Below are positions 55,838 to 64,000 of a stretch of 64,000 nt of DNA, piece after piece (within the stretch, counting starts at the first letter, position 1; the number at the start of each line of letters is the position of its first letter). The notes beneath the pieces are model-generated. The model was not told the DNA's origin and ran no database searches. It worked only from the letters and a program-made list of their open reading frames with translations. The position numbers were made by a program, and so were the translations under genes. This stretch comes from Candidatus Aminicenantes bacterium (GTDB lineage: Bacteria > Acidobacteriota > Aminicenantia > S016-38): contig JALXBI010000009.1 of assembly GCA_026991555.1 (NCBI GenBank), forward strand, positions 8,984 through 72,983, read 5' to 3'.

Positions 55838-57079
55838 ATGTCCCTTAACACTATTTTATCCCGTATTGAGAACCTCAGGGGAGAGGCCTTTGAACTGGAA
55901 AAGAAACTCACCGCCTTCAGGGCCTTAGGTCCGGAAAACGGCGGGGATGGTGAGTGGGAAAAAGCCCAGTTCCTTAAGGAAAAACTTCTGGAAATAGGGG
56001 CTTCGGAGATTATTGAGGTAAACGCCCGGGACAACCGGGTATCTTCAGGCCTCAGACCTAATATAATAGGAATTTATCCCGGAAAGAACCACGAGAAGAA
56101 GGTGTGGATAATGACCCACATGGATGTGGTTCCCCCAGGGGACCTTTCCCTCTGGAAATCGGACCCCTGGAAGGTCTGGATGGACGAGGAGGGAAGGATT
56201 TACGGCAGGGGGGTTGAGGACAATCAACAGGATATGGTTTCGTCAATCCTTGCCCTTCAGGCCTTTGCCATGGAGGGGGAGGTTCCCTATTACGATGTGG
56301 GATTGGTCTTCGTCTCCGACGAAGAAACCGGAAGCGATTACGGCATAAAATATGTTCTTTCCCACAGGAAGGATATCTTCTCTAAGGAGGATCTCATCAT
56401 AGTCCCGGATGGTGGAAATCCCGACGGGACCGAAATAGAGGTGGCGGAGAAGGGAATTTTATGGATTAAGTTCGTGGTAAAGGGCAGGCAAACCCATGGT
56501 TCCACCCCTGAGAGGGGAAAAAATGCCCACAAGGCCGGGGCCAATCTTATCGTCAGGTTAGAGAAGCTATATGAGCTTTTCCCGGCGGAAGATCCTCTGT
56601 TTGAGCCTCCCCGTTCCACCTTTGAACCCACCAAGAAGGAGGCCAATGTTCCCAACATAAACACCATCCCTGGGGAGGATATCTTTTACTACGACTGCAG
56701 GATAATGCCGGAATATTCCTTAGCTGAAGTTAAGGAGAAGGTGCAGGAGATTGCCTCCAGCGTGGAATCGGATTTCGGGGTGAAGGTTGAGATTTCCTAT
56801 CCCCAGGAAGCGGAAGCCGCTCCCCCTACACCCCCCGATGCTCCAGTGGTCCAGGCTATCAAAAAGGCTGTTAAGGACCTGAGGGGCCTTGAAGCAAGGC
56901 CCATAGGCATAGGGGGAGGAACTGTTGCCGCCCACTTCAGGGAAGCAGGTTTTTACGCTGCCGTGTGGGCCACCATGGACGAGACCATGCATTCTCCCAA
57001 CGAATACGCCTGGATGAAGAACATAATAGCCGACGCCCAGGTCTTCGCATACATAATGGCCGGGGCTTTTCTCGGGTGA
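55838..57079 (+). CDS. M20-family metallopeptidase (ArgE/DapE/succinyl-diaminopimelate desuccinylase-like)
   Basis: Start at ATG 55838 with RBS AAGGAGG. HMDVVP metal-binding motif, Asp-rich segment (VSDEETGS), a dimerisation domain and a C-terminal His. Confidence 0.7.
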   Translation: MSLNTILSRIENLRGEAFELEKKLTAFRALGPENGGDGEWEKAQFLKEKLLEIGASEIIEVNARDNRVSSGLRPNIIGIYPGKNHEKKVWIMTHMDVVPPGDLSLWKSDPWKVWMDEEGRIYGRGVEDNQQDMVSSILALQAFAMEGEVPYYDVGLVFVSDEETGSDYGIKYVLSHRKDIFSKEDLIIVPDGGNPDGTEIEVAEKGILWIKFVVKGRQTHGSTPERGKNAHKAGANLIVRLEKLYELFPAEDPLFEPPRSTFEPTKKEANVPNINTIPGEDIFYYDCRIMPEYSLAEVKEKVQEIASSVESDFGVKVEISYPQEAEAAPPTPPDAPVVQAIKKAVKDLRGLEARPIGIGGGTVAAHFREAGFYAAVWATMDETMHSPNEYAWMKNIIADAQVFAYIMAGAFLG

Positions 57080-57748
57080 TTATCTTTTGAAGATTGAGAT
57101 TCCTGCCAGAACAGTGAGCCCGGAAAGGTCTATGGGTTCAAAGCCTAAGTAAGTAGGTTCCAGATTGCCGTGGACCGATGTATAGAATCCCATAATTCTG
57201 AAACCTATTCTGCGGTCAATCTTTATAACCAGACCTCCGTTTGCAAAAAATCCCACTGAGGAATCCCTCTTGTAGTAATCGCCGTAATATATAGGAAGGT
57301 TAGGGTCAGAGAAATCTATGAATTCCCCTGTCTGGGTCCATTCCCAGGAAACGAAGGCTATACCTGCTCCCACAAAGGGAAGTATTCCCTTTTTATATAC
57401 CGGAATGGGGTAAAACCTTATTCCTAAATAGGTGGGCTTGTTCCTGTAGGTTATGCTCTGGGTGATGGGGCTGCCGTCGGCCCACACATAATCCCTGTAT
57501 TCGGTGGTTATGGTTTTCCTTGATGCGAGGGTGGTGCCGGCGAATACCGTTAAGTTTCTTTTGCCCCATTCCCATTCAAAATAGCCCACATTGCTTTCAA
57601 AATCCTTTTTGGACAGAATCAGGTTCTCAAAGTTGATATCCCATATATCACTTGCTGCATTGGGGTAAAACCTTCCCCCCAGAAAGCTAACAGAGCCTGC
57701 CAGGGCAAACCATCCTGCTAAAAGCAATGCTGCCAGTTTGTATCTCAT
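57080..57748 (-). CDS. Outer-membrane beta-barrel protein (hypothetical)
   Basis: 222 aa. Signal peptide, alternating aromatic/Gly pattern, and a C-terminal F (ISIFKR-like). Confidence 0.35.
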   Translation of the reverse strand: MRYKLAALLLAGWFALAGSVSFLGGRFYPNAASDIWDINFENLILSKKDFESNVGYFEWEWGKRNLTVFAGTTLASRKTITTEYRDYVWADGSPITQSITYRNKPTYLGIRFYPIPVYKKGILPFVGAGIAFVSWEWTQTGEFIDFSDPNLPIYYGDYYKRDSSVGFFANGGLVIKIDRRIGFRIMGFYTSVHGNLEPTYLGFEPIDLSGLTVLAGISIFKR

Positions 57749-57860
57749 TTTTTCCCTCCTTTAAGGTTCTTCGCCGCATATTAAGCAAAAAAAATACCAA
57801 AATACTACCCCTCTACGAAAAGGGAAAGGATATGGGTGTCCCCTTTTCAGGACATAAGAA

Positions 57861-57943
57861 TGCCGGGGGCGGGACTCGAACCCGCACGGACAGGGTCCAG
57901 GGGATTTTAAGTCCCCGGCGTCTACCTATTCCGCCACCCCGGC
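57861..57943 (-). tRNA. tRNA-Leu (anticodon TAA)
   Basis: The reverse complement folds as GCCGGGG...CCCCGGC-A with anticodon loop CTTAAAA, a long variable arm and T-loop GGTTCGAGTCC. Confidence 0.8.
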
Positions 57944-57944
57944 G

Positions 57945-58226
57945 TTATTTTTCCACTTTCTCCCTGAGAGCCTTTCCAGGTCTGAACTTCACATACTTCC
58001 TGGCTGGTATGTCAATGGGTTTGCCGGTTCTCGGGTTTCTTCCCTTTCTTGCTTTCCTCGTTTTCACCTCAAAGGTCCCAAAACCAACCAGAATCACCTT
58101 TCCGTCCTTCTCAATACCTTCCCTTAAAGCGGAGATGAAGGAGTTAACCACCTCCAAAACCTTCCTCTGGGAAAGCCCAGTCTTTTTGCTGATGTTTTTG
58201 ACCAGGTCTTCCTTTTTCATTTTCAC
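57945..58226 (-). CDS. hup: HU/IHF-family DNA-binding protein
   Basis: 93 aa. GFGTFEV and RNPRTGKPI arm motifs. Confidence 0.85.
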   Translation of the reverse strand: MKMKKEDLVKNISKKTGLSQRKVLEVVNSFISALREGIEKDGKVILVGFGTFEVKTRKARKGRNPRTGKPIDIPARKYVKFRPGKALREKVEK

Positions 58227-58245
58227 CTCCCAAAAGAATTATACA

Positions 58246-58977
58246 TTATTTTTTGCAGCGGTTTTCAAGATACCACTCAATTTGCTTGACTATTCTCAGA
58301 AAAACCGCCACATCCTGCCTTTGCCAGTAAGTTCTGCCAATGGCCCTTCGGAGGCTCCTTGAAAAATGGTCAGAATCGTTGACCTCGGTAAATTCCAGTT
58401 TTTTCATGACTTCCATCAATCGGGAGTGGAGCAGGGCGAGCCTCTCCTCTTCCGCCAGCCTCTCCTTTACCGAAGGTATGGGGTTCCTCAGGGTATCGTA
58501 TATTATATAGGCGTAGAGCATGGCCGCCTGGGAAAGGTTTAAGGAGGGATAGCTTCGGTATGCAGGTATGGTGGTTACGAAATGGGCAAGCCGAAGTTCC
58601 TCGTTGGTAAGCCCGCTGGCTTCCCTTCCGAACATTATCCCTATTTTATTTTCCCCGGCGAACTTCAGAATTTCCTTGGCCAGTTCCTTAGGTTCCCATG
58701 ATGGGCCTCTCTCTTTCCCGAGCCTTGCCGTGGCTGCAGCTACAATGGAAAGGTCCTTAACCGCTTCGTGGACGGAATCAAATATCTCGGCGTTCTCTAT
58801 TATGTGATAGGACTGGTAGGCCATCATTTTTGCCTGGTCGGATTTAAGGTCAGGGGGATTTACTATTCTTAAATGGCTGAGGCCCATGGTATTCATGGCC
58901 CTGGCCACTGCCCCAACATTCCCGGGATACTGCGGTTCAACCAGGATAAAGTATATGTTATTCAGTTTCTCTTCCAC
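58246..58977 (-). CDS. trmJ: SpoU/TrmH-family tRNA (cytidine/uridine-2'-O)-methyltransferase, TrmJ-like
   Basis: 243 aa. FILVEPQYPGNVGAVARAM N-terminal SPOUT motif. Confidence 0.7.
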   Translation of the reverse strand: MEEKLNNIYFILVEPQYPGNVGAVARAMNTMGLSHLRIVNPPDLKSDQAKMMAYQSYHIIENAEIFDSVHEAVKDLSIVAAATARLGKERGPSWEPKELAKEILKFAGENKIGIMFGREASGLTNEELRLAHFVTTIPAYRSYPSLNLSQAAMLYAYIIYDTLRNPIPSVKERLAEEERLALLHSRLMEVMKKLEFTEVNDSDHFSRSLRRAIGRTYWQRQDVAVFLRIVKQIEWYLENRCKK

Positions 58978-59012
58978 TTCTTCTCCAATTTATCACGGCC
59001 TTAAAAGGAATG

Positions 59013-59804
59013 TCAAAGGGGAATCTTATCAAAATATATCTTATCGTCCTTTACCCCATAGAAAACCAGGCTTTTCCCCACGAATTTAAGCCTGGGACCG
59101 TAGGTATGCTGGAAGAACTTGCCCTGCCTTTCCACCTTAACATACTGGCTCAGGAAGAAATCGTATTTGGCCACAGGTTTTCCATCCAAGTAAAGGACCT
59201 GGGGTTTTCCCTCGGTTATGAAGGCCACATGGGTCCATTCCGGGGAGATCTGGATGGTTTTAGCCAGAATCAGGGGATATAGCCCTAAGGATTTTCCGTA
59301 AAAGATGGGCTCCCATTTTTCTCCCCTTTTTACCACGAAGAAATATCCCTTCCCCAATTTAATGCTGTCCCTGAGCACCCCCTCATATGGACCGAATTCC
59401 ACCCCGTTGATGTTTACGAAGAAATCCTTTCCCCTTTTGCCCACAAAGGCGAATTTCTTTCCCTGGAATATTAGGGAGTCCGGGTATACCACATCGTAGG
59501 TTTTGGATTTTCTCGTTTTCCAGTAGGTCCTCCAGCCCTTTTCCCCTAAGGCTATGAAGAAGAGCTCATTTCCTAAAAATCTCAAACTGCCCCTGAGAAT
59601 TCCCCTGTAATTTCCGACCTCCTTGCCGTCCACTACCAGGGTGAATTTTCCCTTATCCTTCTCTACCACAAAGGCCACCTTGGAGAAATCCTCACTTAGA
59701 ACTATGGAGTTCTTTACCACCTTATCTATGGGGCCTTGGTATACTAAACTCGCTGAAAACAATTGAAATGTCAAAAGAAGGGATAATGCCAGAACTCTCT
59801 TCAT
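59013..59804 (-). CDS. Secreted repeat protein (hypothetical)
   Basis: 263 aa. Signal peptide. Repeated YxGK/FxGK beta-strand-like motifs. Confidence 0.3.
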   Translation of the reverse strand: MKRVLALSLLLTFQLFSASLVYQGPIDKVVKNSIVLSEDFSKVAFVVEKDKGKFTLVVDGKEVGNYRGILRGSLRFLGNELFFIALGEKGWRTYWKTRKSKTYDVVYPDSLIFQGKKFAFVGKRGKDFFVNINGVEFGPYEGVLRDSIKLGKGYFFVVKRGEKWEPIFYGKSLGLYPLILAKTIQISPEWTHVAFITEGKPQVLYLDGKPVAKYDFFLSQYVKVERQGKFFQHTYGPRLKFVGKSLVFYGVKDDKIYFDKIPL

Positions 59805-59846
59805 TTTTACCTCCTTGATTTATAATTTTATCCCCGGAGGTGAAAA

Positions 59847-60263
59847 ATGAGAAACGAATTTTTCGAGACCACCATATCCACCAAGGGGTATGCGGATATC
59901 CATGACCTTTCCCCCTTAGTAAGGGAGTTTCTGAGGAAAATAGAGGCGAAAAACGGGCTTCTAACGGTAATAGTTCCGGGTTCCACCGCTGGTATAACCA
60001 CCATAGAATACGAACCGGGTTTGCTGAAGGATTTTCCAGAGTTGATGGACAGGCTGGTTCCCGTAAAAAGGTATCATCACGATAGCACCTGGGGTGACGG
60101 CAACGGCTTCTCTCACCTGAGGGCTTCCCTCATTGGGGCTTCCATGAGCGTTCCCATAAAGGATGGGAAACCCATCTTGGGAACCTGGCAGCAGCTGGTT
60201 CTGGTGGATTTTGACAACCGGCCCCGCTCCCGCAGGGTGGTTTTTCACTACATGGGTGAGTAA
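59847..60263 (+). CDS. YjbQ/UPF0047-family secondary thiamine-phosphate synthase-like protein
   Basis: 138 aa. YjbQ-family motifs (HDSTWGDGNGFSHLRASL, GTWQ..VLVDFD). Confidence 0.8.
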   Translation: MRNEFFETTISTKGYADIHDLSPLVREFLRKIEAKNGLLTVIVPGSTAGITTIEYEPGLLKDFPELMDRLVPVKRYHHDSTWGDGNGFSHLRASLIGASMSVPIKDGKPILGTWQQLVLVDFDNRPRSRRVVFHYMGE

Positions 60264-60264
60264 T

Positions 60265-60471
60265 TCAGTCGTGAACCACGAAGGTTATTTTTAGAAGAAC
60301 CCGGTATTCCTCGATCTCTCCCCTTTCATTTATCTTTACCTCCTGTTCCTTTACCCAGGCAGAGCGGATGTTTTCCACGGTTTTGGCGGTCCTCTCAATA
60401 CCCTGTCTTATGGCGTCTTCGAAACTTTTCTTGGAAGTCGCCTTAACTTCGATAATTTTTGCAACGGACAT
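60265..60471 (-). CDS. Dodecin-family flavin-binding protein
   Basis: 68 aa. YKIIEL-type N-terminus (AKIIEVKATS), ...AI..GIERTAKTV.NIRS... and the size match dodecin. Confidence 0.65.
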   Translation of the reverse strand: MSVAKIIEVKATSKKSFEDAIRQGIERTAKTVENIRSAWVKEQEVKINERGEIEEYRVLLKITFVVHD

Positions 60472-60531
60472 TTTCCCCTCCTTTTTTGTTTACATGTTAA
60501 CACCATCTGCCCTTTCTGGCAAAATTCTTAT

Positions 60532-61488
60532 ATGAAACTCCTCATCTATTCGCCGGAAAAATACCCCTTCTGGAGATTTCCCCTCTGGCTGGTGGAGGAA
60601 ATAAGAAGGGAATTTCCCTCCCTAAAGGTGGAGGTTAATTTCGGAGACCAACCCTTGGAGTCCCTTATAGCCGATGCCGATGTTCTGATTAGCGGAAGGC
60701 TCTCCCGGGAGGCTTTTCAGAGGGCCAGAAGGCTGAAATGGGTTCATTCCCCCTTCGTCGGGGTAGGGAACATGTTATTTGAGGAAATGGCGAAAAGTCC
60801 GGTTATCATAACCAATTCCCGGGGGGTAAACGCAGAAGCGGTTTCCCTCCACGCAGTCTCCCTTTCCCTTGCCCTTCTCCGGGGACTTCCCTGGGCTTTC
60901 CACCTAAAAACCCTCCGAAAATATGAGCACCGCTTTTTTACCGAAAAATTTATACCCCTGGAGGCCGATGAGGTAAAGGCAGGGGTTTTCGGCTACGGGG
61001 AAATAGGAAGGAGGGTTTTTCGCAAACTTAAAGCCCTGGGCTTTGAAGTGCGCTGTCTCAATTCCTCGGGAACTAAAGGGTGTTTCCCCTTTTCTTCCTT
61101 AGACGAATCTCTGGAAAAGATAAACCTCTTGATAATTGCCGCCCCAAGAACCCCTCAAACCGAAGGCTGCATTGATTTTAAAAGAATGGAGAAATTGGGG
61201 GGTTTTCTGGTAAATGTGGGAAGGGGGAAGATAGTGGTGGAAAAGGACCTGGCCCGGGCCCTTAGGGAGGGAAAACTTAAAGGAGCAGCCTTAGATGTTT
61301 TTGAAAAAGAACCCCTTCCCCGGGAAAGTCCCCTCTGGGAAATTCCGAACCTCATAATAACCCCGCATATTGCTGGCACATCCTCCCTTTTCTGGAAGAA
61401 GCAATGGGAGCTGCTTAGGGAAAATTTAAAGAGATTCTTAGAGGGAAGTCCCCTTATTAACCAGGTGGATAAGAGGAGGGGCTATTGA
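60532..61488 (+). CDS. D-isomer-specific 2-hydroxyacid dehydrogenase family protein
   Basis: 318 aa. NAD-binding GYGEIGRRV, catalytic R/E/H triad region (NVGRG..., HIAGTS). Confidence 0.8.
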   Translation: MKLLIYSPEKYPFWRFPLWLVEEIRREFPSLKVEVNFGDQPLESLIADADVLISGRLSREAFQRARRLKWVHSPFVGVGNMLFEEMAKSPVIITNSRGVNAEAVSLHAVSLSLALLRGLPWAFHLKTLRKYEHRFFTEKFIPLEADEVKAGVFGYGEIGRRVFRKLKALGFEVRCLNSSGTKGCFPFSSLDESLEKINLLIIAAPRTPQTEGCIDFKRMEKLGGFLVNVGRGKIVVEKDLARALREGKLKGAALDVFEKEPLPRESPLWEIPNLIITPHIAGTSSLFWKKQWELLRENLKRFLEGSPLINQVDKRRGY

Positions 61489-62446
61489 GAAGTTTTTCCG
61501 CTTCCTCCAATATTCTTGAGACAGGGATGTCCTGGACGCAGCGGGGATAAGGGTATGGGCATTTTTTCTCAAAACACGGTCTGCAGGGCAGGGAAATTTC
61601 CAGCACTTTAACCCCGAATTTCCTCCATGGCCTGTAATTTTCCGGGTTATGGGGGCCGAAAATAACCAGGATTGGGGTCTCTGTGGTGGAGGCCAGATGG
61701 GCAGGGCCTGAATCCACCCCTATGAAAATCTCCGCCCTTCCAATAAGGCCCCTTAACTTCCTCAGCCCCAATCCCACCATTTTTACCCCGCTCCTTAAAG
61801 TTTTAATCCTTTTCTCCTCCTCACCGAAGCCAATAAAAATCGGCACAAGGCCCATTTCCCTAAGTCCCCTCCCTATCCCTTCAGCCTGTTCAGGGGAGAG
61901 GGATTTGAGAGGGGAGGCAAAGGGATGAATAACTGCATAGGGTTTTTCAAAAGGAGGAAAGGGCTGGGGAGGGGGGAAATTGTACTCGCCGGGCTTTTCG
62001 CTTATCCCTAATAATTTCAAAATTTCAAACTGGTTTTCTATGTGGTGGGTGTGGGGGGAAATCCTCCGGGGGACAGTTTTCGTATAAAGGAAACCCCAGG
62101 AGGTTCGGAGGCCGTATCTTTCCCTGCAGCACCGGAAGGAGATAAAGGCCGTTCTTGCTCCGGAGTAAAGGTCTATGGCTAAGTGAAGCTCCTCCTTTCT
62201 GAGCCATGTGGCAAATTCCCAGGTCTGCCAGGGGCCCATTCCCTGGGGCATCTTCACCACCCGGTCTATGGAGGGGTGGTCAAGGAAAAGCTCTGCATAC
62301 CTTTTTTCAACTAAGTAGTGTATTTCCCAGGATGGTCTTGCCCTTTTTATGGCATCGGCCACCAAGGTGGCAAGGACCGTATCACCCAGTTTCCTCGGCC
62401 TCAGAAGAAGAACTTTCCTCTCCTTCAAAATAGGCTTCCTCTTCAA
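61457..62446 (-). CDS. Glycosyltransferase family 9 (LPS heptosyltransferase-like)
   Basis: 329 aa. N-terminal LLRPRKLGDTVLATLV and C-terminal GVDSGPAHLAS motifs. Confidence 0.75.
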   Translation of the reverse strand: MKRKPILKERKVLLLRPRKLGDTVLATLVADAIKRARPSWEIHYLVEKRYAELFLDHPSIDRVVKMPQGMGPWQTWEFATWLRKEELHLAIDLYSGARTAFISFRCCRERYGLRTSWGFLYTKTVPRRISPHTHHIENQFEILKLLGISEKPGEYNFPPPQPFPPFEKPYAVIHPFASPLKSLSPEQAEGIGRGLREMGLVPIFIGFGEEEKRIKTLRSGVKMVGLGLRKLRGLIGRAEIFIGVDSGPAHLASTTETPILVIFGPHNPENYRPWRKFGVKVLEISLPCRPCFEKKCPYPYPRCVQDIPVSRILEEAEKLLNSPSSYPPG

Positions 62447-62609
62447 GCATTATGGGAATTCCATCCCTTATAGGATAAATCCTCCCGCATTTTACGCATT
62501 TCAGGCCCTTGCCGTCGGCGGTAAGCTCCACCGGTTCCTTGCAAACAGGACAGGCAAGGACCTCGAGGAGTTCCTTATCTATCATTTTCCCCTCCATATT
62601 GCCGATCAA
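62382..62609 (-). CDS. Trm112-family (UPF0434) small zinc-ribbon protein
   Basis: 75 aa. LLEVLACPVCK...CVKCGRIYPIRDGIPIML. Confidence 0.7.
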   Translation of the reverse strand: MIGNMEGKMIDKELLEVLACPVCKEPVELTADGKGLKCVKCGRIYPIRDGIPIMLEEEAYFEGEESSSSEAEETG

Positions 62610-63036
62610 GGATTATGGTCACAGGCCCGTAATTGAGGAGGCTCACCTGCATTCGGGCCCCAAATACCCCTTCCTTCACCTTTATACCCATCTTCCTCCA
62701 CTTCTCTGCCACCCCCTCAAGCATTTTTTTTGCCCTTTCCGGTTCCTCTGCCTTTGAAAAGGAAGGTCTTCTTCCCTTTTTTATCCTGGCTGCCAAGGTA
62801 AACTGGGAGATAAGGAGAATTTCCCCTCCGGTCTCCAGAAGGGAAAGGTTCATTCTCCCTTCTTCGTCCTCAAAAATTCTGAGCTCCGCCACCTTCCTGG
62901 CCAGAAATTCCATTTCCCTTTCCCCGTCCCCCTTCTCCACTGCCGCAAGAACCACAAGACCCTTTCCTATCTCCCCCACGGTTTTTCCTTCTACCTCAAC
63001 CTTAGCCCAGCTTACCCTCTGAATAACCGCCCTCAT
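62575..63036 (-). CDS. dtd: D-aminoacyl-tRNA deacylase
   Basis: 153 aa. MRAVIQRV N-terminus, SQFTL and NxGPVT C-terminal motifs. Confidence 0.9.
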   Translation of the reverse strand: MRAVIQRVSWAKVEVEGKTVGEIGKGLVVLAAVEKGDGEREMEFLARKVAELRIFEDEEGRMNLSLLETGGEILLISQFTLAARIKKGRRPSFSKAEEPERAKKMLEGVAEKWRKMGIKVKEGVFGARMQVSLLNYGPVTIILDRQYGGENDR

Positions 63037-63557
63037 TTCCTTCCGTAGGCGAAAAGTCCCCCGGCCTGCAGAATTTCCAGCTGGACAGTGGAGGCAGGTT
63101 TTGCCTGGTATTCTTCCCCCTTGGTGAGGTTTTTAACCCTGCCCGTCTCCAGGTCAATCTCCACCTCATCCCCGGAGGTGAATTTCCCCTCTTCTATAAG
63201 CCGGGAGAGTCCGGGAAATTCCATAATGGGAAGGGCGGAGTTTATAGCGTTTCTCTTGTAAATGGCCCCGAAGGATTCGGCAACAATGGCCCCTATTCCT
63301 AAGGCTTTAAAACAGTCCACGGCGTGCTGCCTTGAGGAGCCGGCTCCGAAGTTCTTTCCTGCAAAAATTATGTCCCCGGGTTTTGCCTTGCTGGGAAAAT
63401 CCTCCCATCCTTTGAGGTTTCCCAGGGCGAATTTTCCCATCTGGGAAATTTCGGTGATGGCTAAGTGCTTGTTGTGATAAATCTGGTCGGTGTCAATGTC
63501 GTGGATGGGTTTTCCGCCCTCGTCCACTAAGGTCCATATCCTTCCCTTTATCTTCAT
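63033..63557 (-). CDS. leuD: 3-isopropylmalate/homoaconitate dehydratase small subunit (LeuD-like aconitase swivel domain)
   Basis: Start taken at the internal ATG (MKIKGRIW). DTDQIYH and GKNFGAGSSRQHA motifs. No adjacent large subunit. Confidence 0.75.
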   Translation of the reverse strand: MKIKGRIWTLVDEGGKPIHDIDTDQIYHNKHLAITEISQMGKFALGNLKGWEDFPSKAKPGDIIFAGKNFGAGSSRQHAVDCFKALGIGAIVAESFGAIYKRNAINSALPIMEFPGLSRLIEEGKFTSGDEVEIDLETGRVKNLTKGEEYQAKPASTVQLEILQAGGLFAYGRK

Positions 63558-63603
63558 TTTTACCTCCGCCGAAATTATAATATAATTCCCCAGGGAGGTG
63601 AAC

Positions 63604-64000
63604 ATGCTCCAGGGAAAAAGAATAGCTCTTTTAGTAGAGGAACTTTACGACGAATTTGAGTTCTGGTATCCCAAAATGAGGCTTGAGGAAGAGGGAGCCG
63701 AGGTAGTGGTTGTTGCCCCTGAAAAAAAGATTTATAAGGGTAAAAAGGGCTTTCCTGCCCAGGCCGATAGGAGTATCCACGAGGTAAAGGCAGAGGATTT
63801 CCACGGAGTTATAATCCCCGGTGGATATTGCCCGGACAGGCTCCGCCGCTTCCCCGAGGTCCTTGATTTCGTAAGGAAAATTTACCAGGCCGGGAAGCTG
63901 GTAGCCACCATCTGCCACGGTGGATGGGTGCTCATTTCAGCGGGAATAACCAAGGGGAGAACCCTTACGGGATTTTTCGCCATAAAGGATGACCTGGTCA
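63604..64000 (+). CDS. DJ-1/PfpI-family protein (intracellular protease/amidase-like), 3'-truncated by the window edge
   Basis: Open from ATG 63604 to the window end with no stop. Nucleophile elbow ICHGG. Not in the supplied ORF table because it has no stop. Confidence 0.7.
   Translation, partial: MLQGKRIALLVEELYDEFEFWYPKMRLEEEGAEVVVVAPEKKIYKGKKGFPAQADRSIHEVKAEDFHGVIIPGGYCPDRLRRFPEVLDFVRKIYQAGKLVATICHGGWVLISAGITKGRTLTGFFAIKDDLV

Noticed and set aside
57749-57860. Possible terminator hairpin or ncRNA in the 112-nt gap between tRNA-Leu and the outer-membrane protein gene
   Set aside because: Only imperfect complementarity is present (aaagggaaagg / gggtgtcccctttt). There is no convincing stem-loop or conserved motif.

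Overview
Most of this 64 kb window is densely packed chromosomal core sequence from a Gram-negative bacterium, probably a thermophile. Arg and Lys codons are dominated by AGG/AGA/AAG, RBS are strong AGGAGG, and lnt, an LPS heptosyltransferase, tatAC and an H+-pyrophosphatase are present. Gene content is loosely Thermodesulfobacteriota-like or Aquificota-like, but that placement is a guess. Most genes overlap their neighbours by 4-8 nt, indicating translational coupling.

Housekeeping genes I recognise from the translated ORFs:
- Stress and repair: recN, relA/spoT and rpoZ.
- Translation-related: rpmE-prfA-prmC, def, serS followed by tRNA-Ser(TGA), trmJ, dtd and trm112.
- Transport, secretion and energy: hppA, apbC, tatA/tatC, pfkA, an Fe-only alcohol dehydrogenase and an SNF transporter.
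- Envelope and biosynthesis: PBP1A, hisC, cmk and lnt.
- Other: HU abutting tRNA-Leu(TAA).

Four loci do not look like ordinary housekeeping and are the best candidates for anything new:
1. A seven-gene operon at 36321-44360 on the minus strand, with each gene overlapping or within 9 nt of the next. It runs GNAT/FemAB-like acyltransferase, M24 peptidase, Na+:solute symporter, two tiny membrane proteins, a 155-aa unknown, and a 1139-aa secreted protein. The last one has roughly 750 aa of unrecognisable sequence fused to a C-terminal M14 carboxypeptidase domain.
2. An islet at 44361-46395 holding a single AAA+/DUF4143 ATPase. It is flanked by composite direct repeats, including two copies of a 22-23-codon mini-ORF whose differences are mostly synonymous.
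3. A MotA/ExbB, ExbD, ExbD, TPR-protein, PrsW-like protease cluster at 3066-6834 with no TonB or TolA partner.
4. An orphan 583-aa protein at 16812-18563 that appears to consist only of ACT-like repeats.

I cannot run homology searches here. Every functional call comes from motif recognition in the supplied translations and should be confirmed with HMM or BLAST searches.
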